A DNA stretch of 64,000 nucleotides from a virus (lineage: Duplodnaviria; Caudoviricetes). Below are positions 39,336 to 50,000 of the stretch, in pieces. A program made the translations under genes and the position numbers. The stretch's first letter is position 1; every line of letters begins with the position of its first letter. Under the pieces are notes generated by a model. That model was not told where the DNA came from, made no database searches, and saw only the letters and a program-made list of their open reading frames with translations. The stretch covers positions 41,192-105,191 of IMG/VR virus record IMGVR_UViG_3300030433_002104. One strand, given 5' to 3'.

Positions 39336-41080
39336 TATCTATCCAATTCATAAGTCCAAGAGATGCTAAAACTATAAGAACCAGTTTTGGGAGACCAACT
39401 TTCGTTAGGAGCACTTATGAAATATTTTCTAACGCCGGGCTCTTCTTTGGGGCTCAAGCTAGTAATCAAATTTCTTAGCTGAGTTCTTGTTGGTTCTACT
39501 ATGCTAGGTTTTTGTGTAACTAAACCCCTACCAGAAGCATAGTGTAGATCTGTATAATCCATCTGTAGTTCTATCTGTACATCTCTCTTATATTCCGTCC
39601 TACTGCCAACGTACTGTAATACTGGGCCGGTTGCTCTGCCTATTACTGGCACAACAGAGAATACATCTCCCGGATAGGTATCATTGACAGATATGTTTTC
39701 TGATAACACGCCAGATATTATGTTCGTGGGCCTGTTATCAAATTCCAAGCTGTATGTTATTTGTCCATTAAATTCATTCAAGCCTAAAGATATGGACTTG
39801 GGCTGCGAGTTCAATTCAAATGGTACTGAGTTTTGTGCCCTTCTATATATATCCGATGTTAATCCAAACTGTCCACTTTTTGATATTTCATGATATTTTT
39901 TAAGAGCATTATCGTAAGCGCCACTGTTTTTGGGTAATTCTGCGCCGTAACCGCTGGGTGATACTTCGTTAAGGCCTGTAATTGTGCCGTCAATAGACAC
40001 ATTAACAAATGCATTGTCAATACCCTTGCTAACAGACATGCTGTAGTCTTCGTAAGAGTCTCCACTAGCTAACAAGAATGTTTCACTTACGCTGAAGCTA
40101 CCAGCCGCAACATCAATGTCTTCAGTTCGTGTGTGGTTGAATCCTCTGTAAGCACTTACTAAATTTATAGTCCCACTGCCTAACTGATTATTGACACTAG
40201 GGTATGCGAGTGGAGAAGTGTTTGGATAATCAAGCACGCCACTTTTGGCTAAAAGGTTATTAATGACATAATTCTTTGCATTTTGCCAAGCAGGTATTTT
40301 ATGCACCTGTCCTCCCGATGGGAAGTGGTGCGTCTTGCCTTGAGCAGAAATATTGTGTGTTATTCGGTACGACCTTGGGATAGAAAGATTCTCTGCTCTT
40401 TCGTCATCCACTTCAATATTCCAGCTTTCAGAAAAGCTTTCAATAAACGCTCCACTTAACGCTATGACTTGTTCAGTTGTATGACCGTCGTTTGCTCCAG
40501 ATATGGCGATTTTTGAATCGGCAGGAAGTGGGTTGCCATCGTCATCTATTGTGAGGTTCTTATTAAGTAGCGTGTCGGCTTCTAGGGTAATCGTATAGTC
40601 ACATCTGTTTATATACAAGCCATCTTGAAAATCTATAGAGACAACTCTTGGATAGCATATAACTGCTGGCTCATCGCCATGAACAGGCATAATTTCCAAT
40701 CGCTGCCCGTCTATAGCAAACAAGGCCTTGATTGCTCTTTGTTTAGAGAATATAGCATCTAGCTTGGAGTTTTCTGGAACCGGCTGAACCTTTGGCCTGT
40801 TGTTTTCCGAGTGACCGCCCGTATTGTCAAACTGCCCATACGGGCCAGTTCCAGCTGGCGTTGTTCCATCAAAATAAGGAAATGGAGAATTATCCTGCAT
40901 CTTAACTGCATATGGACTTCCCCTGTCCTCTAGTATTGTACCAGTCAGTGTAATAGAATAAGTTATACCAACATTTTCACCACCAACCTTGTTTAGATTG
41001 GAGGCTATTGATACGAGAGGCGAAGGTCTTAAAGTACAAACCTGTGCATCGTCATTTTTGTAATATACTGATATTGGCAT
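39335..41080 (-). CDS. Tail-tip/distal-tail-like structural protein (581 aa)
   Basis: Repeated beta-strand units (ITLTG, FSESWNI, ITYSLEFDNR, ESWSP..GSYS..ISWTY); in the tail module. Confidence 0.6.
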   Translation of the reverse strand: MPISVYYKNDDAQVCTLRPSPLVSIASNLNKVGGENVGITYSITLTGTILEDRGSPYAVKMQDNSPFPYFDGTTPAGTGPYGQFDNTGGHSENNRPKVQPVPENSKLDAIFSKQRAIKALFAIDGQRLEIMPVHGDEPAVICYPRVVSIDFQDGLYINRCDYTITLEADTLLNKNLTIDDDGNPLPADSKIAISGANDGHTTEQVIALSGAFIESFSESWNIEVDDERAENLSIPRSYRITHNISAQGKTHHFPSGGQVHKIPAWQNAKNYVINNLLAKSGVLDYPNTSPLAYPSVNNQLGSGTINLVSAYRGFNHTRTEDIDVAAGSFSVSETFLLASGDSYEDYSMSVSKGIDNAFVNVSIDGTITGLNEVSPSGYGAELPKNSGAYDNALKKYHEISKSGQFGLTSDIYRRAQNSVPFELNSQPKSISLGLNEFNGQITYSLEFDNRPTNIISGVLSENISVNDTYPGDVFSVVPVIGRATGPVLQYVGSRTEYKRDVQIELQMDYTDLHYASGRGLVTQKPSIVEPTRTQLRNLITSLSPKEEPGVRKYFISAPNESWSPKTGSYSFSISWTYELDR

Positions 41081-44000
41081 TATTTACCTCTAATTCTCAT
41101 ATTCATCCTACCTGTATTTATCACTGTTCCACTTATATGTAGGTTCATTGAGCCTGAAACAGATATTCCACTTGGGTTCCAAAGTGCCATATTCATAGTT
41201 CCAGAGGACAAATTAGCAGAAGCAGTGTGCAGTCCTACAGTATTATACACACTGGCGGATTCTGGCCCTTGCATATAAAGATTTATATTCCCACTAGTAT
41301 CAAACGGTTTCCCGCTAATATATACGTTAAGCGCGGAGAATTTAGTAGTACCTTCTGGGACAAGCCCTTGAACAGAAACAATGTACGGACGATGTTTTAC
41401 AAACGCCTTATCTCCTGACATGTCCCTACCAGACGCTTCTAGGAATATCTCACCCTGACTGTTAGAATATATTAATCCACTAGCACTATAGTTGACTGGC
41501 GTTCCGCTAACTGGTTGATTTATTATCAATCCTACATTTGATATTCCACTGTTTGAACCATATACTTTGGCTTCAATGAATGAACCTGCTTGAGGGGTAA
41601 TTTTTGGCTGTTCTCTAAGCATTGCATCATAAGTATAAGCAGCGCCAGCTTCTAAGACTGGTTCGTCTGATGCCACATTTCCACTCGCAAACATGTGATG
41701 AGGAGCACCAACAGCTAGTGTATAATCGCTGTCGGTTCTCTTGGCTCTGTAAAGAGCTACACTTTCTCCAAAGTGGTCTGACTCCGAGCCAGATATTGCA
41801 ACAGGACTTGGGTCAGAAGTATATGATTTTTGCTTCCTAGCATTATTACCTTGAGCAACGATCTTTTCTGCATACTTCCATTCTTTCTCACCAGTCTTCC
41901 AGCTCTTGAGTTTATTTTCAAATGTAAACACAGCGCCGTTGTTTAGAACTGTCGTGCCGCTATTTGTTAGATCATCGACTCTTACGCCAGAAGTTCCTAA
42001 GTCATATACATTATGAGTTGGAATGTCAAAGGCAGCACCAAATGCTTTTCTAATAAACATTCCACTATCATATACATGCTCATGATAGTTTTCGTAATTG
42101 TGCTTAGGAGCTCCAACCACTAAGAAGTCTGCGTCCATACTAACAGAATATCCAAACTCGTCTGGAGAAATCATCATGTTTGAAAGATCTGTTCCATCGT
42201 AATTGTTTGTTCCAAGCAGTACCGCTGCGTCAACTAAGCTAGTGAAGTTAACAATACCAACATTTATGCTGCTAGGCTTAATCTTATTCTTATATTCCCA
42301 AGGCTCATATCCACCATCGGAGCTAACGCCTGATCCAGTTCTCTCAAAGTGGAACACTGCTCCCGCACCACCTTTGCCACACAGCTCAATACCGCTGACC
42401 ACGCCGGCTTCATCCTCACCAAAGAATGTTAGAGAAGACCATTCTTCTACCGTTTCTCCTTTATATCCATTGTAAGGAGTACCAACAACTAAATCATTAT
42501 TGCTTAAATCTATTGAAAATCCGAACAAGTCTCCGGGATATCCAGACTGGAATACATCTGAGTTTAAGTAGTCATAACCAGAAGCAAGCATGACGCTTGG
42601 TAATCCACCAGCTATCTTAGCATCAATGTCTGACGAGTGAGGCGAACCACTGAACAATGGAGCTCCACCAGTCAAGTCAGATACTCTACTGTAGAATTTG
42701 CTTATTTCTTTCTTCCTATCTCCCTCTTTTTCTGGAGGTGTAGGTCGTGCTATTGAGGCTACTGAAGGATTAATAGGCTCATCAAATGTCTGGCTACTAG
42801 GTCTGACGCTGACACCATCAAACAGAACGCCCAAGCCTTCTAAACCGCTAGCTGCGTAGAACCTGTATGGAGATCCTAACTCAGGAGCTTTAATCTTTTG
42901 AGTATGCTCAAAGTTTCTACCGTCCAGATTTTGGTAGCTATCAATCGCAAAATTGTTATTATCAAGATCTTCTGGGTACAGGCTTCTTATAAATTCATCT
43001 TGCTCTTCTGTTCTTCCTAAACAATCATTCTGGATTAGTGTTGCGTCACTTACTAGAACGATTCTAGACCTACTAGAGCCGGCTGGGAACGTAGAGAACT
43101 TCTCTACTTCTTCTGCTATGATTACTGGGCCGTCTGCTATTGTAGTCTCGCCGCATGAGCTGATCTTCACGCCACTATCACAGTACTTTGAAGCGTCGGT
43201 TTTGATCGCTTGGAACTTTTCTGGTATAGTAACAACTCTTTCTGGTACTACCTCTATAACCTTTTTCCAACCCACTAATACATTCTTAGTTTCCGTTGTA
43301 GTCTTAGTCTCAGTCTTAGATGTTATTGGTAGCAGACATCCAGATACAGATACCAATCTTACAGTACTTGGAGTATAGTTAAAGTCGTCTTTGTCACCGG
43401 CGTTCAAGTCGTTAGAGTCAAAGTACACACTTAAACTGTTGGATATAGCAGGCATCCTGAAATCAATGAACCCACTCTTGACCCTGCCAATTGGAGTTTT
43501 TGACATTGTGCCTGAAGACGTAACATTTTCAGAAACTGTGAATGGCTTGTCATTTTCATCAAAGTCTGTTAGACTAACGCCAAATGTATCTTCCTCGTTA
43601 GGATCTGGACTGACATTTACACTGTCAGCAAACAGCCTAATTGGGAAGGCTTCTGTGTCATCTTCAGAGACCCAGTTATAATACAATCTATAACCAGAAC
43701 CTGCAAGAACTGGGGCTGTTAGAGTAGCCACTCCACCCTTTACTTGCCAGATCGTTTCAGTCCTTGTCTCTATGTCTCTAATTGCAAGCGTTGATCTTAC
43801 AACGTAAGAAGCTGAACCCTCAACCTTTATTGGTATAAAGTCTCCAGTAGTTTGCGATGAATCAATATAGAAGTTTTTAACTACATGGTCTGTCTTACAT
43901 CCTTTAATAACTTCGCTGGCAGAATTAAGGACTTGGTTATTTGCACCGCGCATAGAATCCTGACCAATCGTAGCATATTTTTTCAGATTGTTGAGATATA

Positions 44001-47000
44001 AAGGTTTCATATCTAAGCCAAGATCTGAACATAGTACATCTACATATCTAGCAATTGACTGATCTACATCATAAGTAATTACTAATGTTTTATTACCCTG
44101 ATTTAGGAAGTCTTTGATATTTTCTATATCTTCTTCGCTAGCAAATCCATTTGGATTGGCAATCCAGCCTACGTCATAAAAATTGTTTATCACGCCTTCT
44201 ACGTTCTCAGATATGCCGTGACCTTTAGATTCAAGCATAACTTTGATCACTGAATCATCTTTGGCTGATTTGAATGATGTTCTGCCAGTCCAGCCGCCAA
44301 GTTGCGCGATACGACTCTTCTTGTCTGGGCAAGCCTTTCTTACCAAGTTGGTGTAGAACAGAATACTTTCATCGTTTCCAGCATAGAGGTTTTCCCTTTC
44401 CTCTGATGTCACAGAGGCAATAAGAACAACCTTAGATAGTTTATCAAGATATGCCCAGTTTTGTTCTGCCGCTACTGGAGATTGATTTATAACCTCTTTG
44501 TTTTCTTCAATTGTATCGGACTTAGTTGAACCAATAGCCTGTATAACAGCGTCCCTTCCTAAATAAGCGTCTGGATCAATGTAATTAACCTGATTGAATG
44601 TAGTTATACCACTATCTTCTGGCTCAATTAATTCAAATGCTTTTCCAATAGGATTGTCACTAAAGCTGTAAGTAGTTACTGTGGTGTTCTTTTCTGTGGT
44701 TCTCTTTTCGTAGACTGGAACCATAGTAATTTTTTCAAAAGAAGGATATACGATGCTAGAGGCTGGTATACGCTCAGCAGCTGCGACCAATGGTTTAGGT
44801 TCTTGATTTGGTCTAGCTATGACGCCCTGTAAGTCAGACTTTGGATCACAACCAGCTGAGCCATTGCCAAACACCCAAGGCCAGTTTATATACTCTTTTA
44901 TCTTACGGCCTTTTTCGTCTGCACACTCTATTGCTTTTTGTGCTCTTAAATCTCCATTGCTTAGCATTGGAATAGGACAAGCCTTATTCAAAGAATCACA
45001 CTCACCTGTGTAGGCATCTCCAAATCTAGCAACTATGTTATCCCACTCTGGAATATTCATTCTAATATCTGCAACACCCTTAGCGTAAATACCGCCTCTA
45101 GATATCTTGCTATCCCTTGAGTACTGTGGGTCTTTCGCAATGATAGTATTTGGCTTGCCAGACTCTGGACAATTGTACAGAGACTCATGTCGGTTTCTGG
45201 CTGGGTGCAGTCTCATCTCTGATCCTAGCTTTTCTAAGATCTCATTAAGGATGTCATTTGATTTAGAGTACACTCCGCCGTTTTCCCAAACCGGGTCGTT
45301 ACCTACAAGTACCAAAGTTCTATCACCAAGAGCCATCCAATTCTTAATCTGACCAATTATTTCATCACTGGCAGCATCAACTTCTGGAGTAATAATAAAT
45401 GCTAGCCCAGCATCTGTTGGTATAGATATGTCAGTGAACGCTGTTCTAGTGAATGACCTATTTACGCCATTAAATATGCCCGAAAGATCAAATGTTCCTG
45501 AAGCTTCGAGGTGCGGATTGAGCGATCTGTGCAAATTACCAAACTTGTAATATTCTACAACACCACTGTGTGGGTGATATTTTCTGGACTCAAATACTCT
45601 TACGGCTCCAGTATTTGTAGTAGATGCCCAGCCATCAAGAGCTGTGTAGGTGGTACTATCAGGTGGGAAGCCATACCCAAGATAGCCGCTAGGTCTGAAG
45701 TAAACATTCGTATCATCGTTTACATTAAAGCTATCTGTTGGAGCGCCAACCGCAACCATTGTACCGTCTTCATTGACTGCCACGCTGTAACCAAGCCTTG
45801 AAGAGCCAGTCAATTCTTCTGCAACAAATCCCCAAGTACCTGTGTAATTGATGTCATTGTAACCATAATTGTAGATGTTGCTGTATTCTTCTATGGCCAT
45901 GTCGCCGCTTTGAGGTACAACCACGCCAACAGACTTAAAGAAGTCTTTGTCTCTTCTGTATTCAAACCTATCAGTGTCAGATAGTTCTGTGAATACTTTT
46001 CTAGCTGCTGCATCAGCACCGCTAACTGCGGCGTATGCATTGTAGTTGCTTAACTCGCTAGCATATGTACCTTTATCCGTTAACCAAGATACCAAGTGTT
46101 CATATATCTTAGCGGCATTTTCTGGCTTGTACTCAAACACCATACAGTTCTTTTCAGTCAAATATGGAGAGCCAATGGTTATTACTTCACAGTTTTCACT
46201 TATTGCCACAGAGTGACCAAACCTATCAACTGGAACCCCAAGTGCTTCAGCGGGCGATTTTATCTCTTGTGTTAAGTCCCAAGTGCCCGATGCAATTCTC
46301 TCATAGACATATACTCTACCACCACTTTCAGCGGGAGTGTTAAACTCTGCGAGTTCGGCGTTAACAAATTCAGGCCCGATTCCAGAGGCGAGTAATCCAG
46401 ACCCACCAGTCACATCTAGGATGCCACTGTCCAATATATCGTTAATAACCGTAGTGGCGTAATGAGTCCAATCGTCTGGTATATTACCTTCTGGGTCTCT
46501 TTCATCATCTGTTAGGAAGTGCTCGTGGACAACTCCAGAACTTTGCTCGCCGTACCAGTTTACAATACCACTAGCAAAAGTATAGTCTTGATAGTAACCT
46601 TTGAATTGGTCGATTGCTGGTTCAACACTCTCACGACCAAACGAAGGCGTTGGGTCTACATAAATGCCTAGTATTGGTGGCAAGCCGCTATACGCCAAGT
46701 TGCCATCATATGGGAACGCCTTATTAAAGCCTTCCTTAATGCCGCTGAGTATGGAAGATGTGGTAGCTCCATCAACTCCGTTTCTGTCTATCTTCTGATG
46801 TATAACCCAAGATGGCAGTGCGGACAGGTCAGTTGAGAATGGCTTAGTTTCACAGACTATTAGTTTGATATCTATCTCTACGGCAGGATCTGCGTAGTAT
46901 CTAAGGACTTGGTTCTTTGCCGCTATTTTATCTGTAATTTGCTTAATGTTCAGCGGCTTTGGATTAAACTCGTCTGTTATAACAATAGCGCCCAATGTTA

Positions 47001-50000
47001 CGCCGGATACTTCTATCTCATCGAATACTCCACTCCAAATTGCTCCCGGAGCTCCAACGACTGCAACCTCTCTGTCACCGCTACTTGCAATAGCAACAGA
47101 ATGTCCAAACTCTCTACCTTTTTGGCCAACCTGCCAAGCTCTTGTTTCTACATAGCTCCCTGCTACAAATGCACCAGATGGGTCTGCTTTATAGTAAGCA
47201 TCTCGATAGCCAGAAGGAAGAACAAGTTTTTTGTCAAATTTCCAGTCGTGTTTAATTCCACCGCTAGGAGTGGTCTCTCTAACATAAGCAAATACTGCGC
47301 CAGCGTCTTCCAATGCGCCACTACCATTAACATCTAGCTGATGTTTAGGAGCACCAACTAACATGATTTTGTCACTTACTGAAACTGCTTTACCATAACT
47401 ATCTCCCAGATTTCTTCCAAAGTTTGAAAGTGGGTGTGGATAATCTCCAACAAGTTTGACACCAGAGAAGTTAAGATCTTCGTTAGTTCCATATTCCCAT
47501 TCTTCCCATTCTCTAGGTGGAGTAATGGCTTCAGTCGATCCAGTTTCGCCTTTAAGGGTTACTTGGTATGCAGTGTCTGGGGAAAGTCCATCATACTTTC
47601 TAATACCATAGTAATCACCGCTATAAGAATACGCTAAATTAGTATAAGTTCTTTCAGCTCTAAATATTCCGCCTTCAACGCACTCTTCGCCTAACCACTG
47701 TGTTTCATGGGATACAACTTTGGATTCATTACACTTGTCTGTGCTTGAGCTACCGCAGGAACCATGACATATGATATCAACACCTCTAATTTCATCGTCT
47801 GCTGGCTTAGAAGCAAAAGTATTGTCATCTACAGTAATTTCTTTCCCGAAGTTAGTGCCATCCCACTTAAAGAAATTCACACCAGAATCCAAGGCATAAC
47901 TAGTAGTGTGGAGTATACTAGTTCCAGATGCAGACTGAGATAATGCTATGTTACTTAGGAATAGATTCAAGTTTGAGCTAGGCGTCTGAGGGGCAAACAA
48001 AGTTACACCCATGGTGCCTGATGGGAATCTATTCTCCAGTGGTTCTGATCCGTTAGCATGTAATATTACACTTCCAGAGCTGCTAAACGAAGGCTTGGAC
48101 ACACTAAATACGGAGAGAGGCATCCTACTTTGGAAGCCAGAAAGTGCGGGCGTGAACATCGTCAAAGGTAAGCTACCACTAGACATTTCAAATGTATTGT
48201 GGAGATAAGCATTGATCTGAGTAAATGCTCTTGCCTCACCAGAGACAAACATATTCAGATTACCAGAAAGACCCGATATTGAAGCAAGATGTAAGTTCAT
48301 AAGCCCATCAGCAGATGCGTTTCTTCCGCTGATAGCGATATTCATTGTTCCACTCACACCAGTTGGAGAGTACATGGTGTGCAAGAACATTCCTGATGTT
48401 CCGACTGTTCCCCAGAGATTATCAATCCCGCTACTTCCTAAGAAGTGTAGGTTCATAGTTTCTCTAGGTCTTAGTTCGCCACTGGTATGCATTATGATGC
48501 CGCTCATGCCTGCCGCATGTATACCAGAAGATTTAAGATACCCATGCTCAAGTCGGATGTGAGCGGAGTGAATGTCTAGCCTTGACTCAAACGCTCCACC
48601 AGATGGATACACTAGGTCGTACTGTAAGAACATCTTGTCTATATCATTCGCATCATACTTGTGACCCATCTCTGTAAGATGTCTGCCAGTTGGATATACC
48701 GCCCAGCTTTCAGAGGTGTCAGTCAGGCTGTCGTAGTCGAATGTGCTGTCTATCCTGTGGATAAACCCAGAAGGCTCAAGATAGTGTATCGCTCTGTTGA
48801 CGAGGCCAAAGTTTTCTGTTGCATAGTGACTTGGTTCTTGATTCTTTGTATAAAGGCTGACGATGAGTTTAGGGCCGACTTTGCCGTCACTCCATACAAT
48901 ATCGTTATTGGTCACATGCTCTATAACACTTTCTACGACAAGGGCTCTCTCAGAGAAGCTATATCCTCTAGGAAGTTCCTTTGATATTCTAGGGCCAATA
49001 GAGTGGAATCTATCATGTGAATCAGTTAGATTAAATCTTAAGAAGTCATTTTCTATCTGAGTATGGTATGCAACACCACTGCTAACATTGACTGGCATTG
49101 CGTTGTCTGATTTATCTATATAACTGACACCATCGTGCTTAATATTAAAGCGAACAAAGTCTCTACCCTCTCTCTTTGTGAATGAATCAAACGCAGGAGA
49201 GAAGTTGCCGTATTTGAACGCGCCAAGAGTCCAGTTTCTTGTATCTTCATTAAGCCTATCCCATAGCTTGTAATCATCTGAAGTGTATGCTTCACCAGAG
49301 TGCCAGAATTTTAATCTATGATTTTCTAAGAATGATGCTGCATTTACTTGATACTTATCCAGCTGAGGCGTAACGGTAGGATCTTTTATATTTTCTTCGT
49401 TAGACAAACCAAAGTCTGTAACGAACATATTCATGCCCACGCCAGAGCCCGGAGAGTTACCTAACTTAAGCGTGCTAGTTCCCAGATTAAGTTCCAAACC
49501 TGCACCGCCACTAGCTCGTAGTGTATTCCAACTAGGGATAGATTCGTTGTCAGTATACAGCTTTAATGGGTATGGGTCTCCACTTTGATACGTGGCAATA
49601 ACAGAAAGCGGGAAGTAGTAACCACTATATTCTACAGTATCAGTTACTTTATATGTAGTGCCGTTAGTTCCCTTTGCTATGAAAGTTAATAAATCATTTT
49701 CATATGCAAGCATGAACTCTAGGTCTTTTCCGTTGTCCCACTTAGAGACAAGAACACCAGACTGGAATAGGTCGTAAGAAGAACCGCTGACGCTTGCGTC
49801 GGGGCTAAAACGAACAAACATACTAAATGCTTGATCTATATCAACGTCGCCAAAATCAATGTACGAATTTACGCCTGATAGTCTTACTGCGTTGTTAAAG
49901 CCGTCAGAAATTCTTCCGTATAGCTCATGACTTTGGAAGTTATCCCCGCCATTTGCTAGAGCCGTCCAGTCTATGGTCTCGTAGGAATGAGTATGGGATG

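Noticed and set aside
41718-41727. GTGTATAATC on the + strand
   Set aside because: Antisense to the gene, mismatched at the conserved A and lacking the downstream TAG; probably chance. It also shows that in-gene copies of the late motif need caution.
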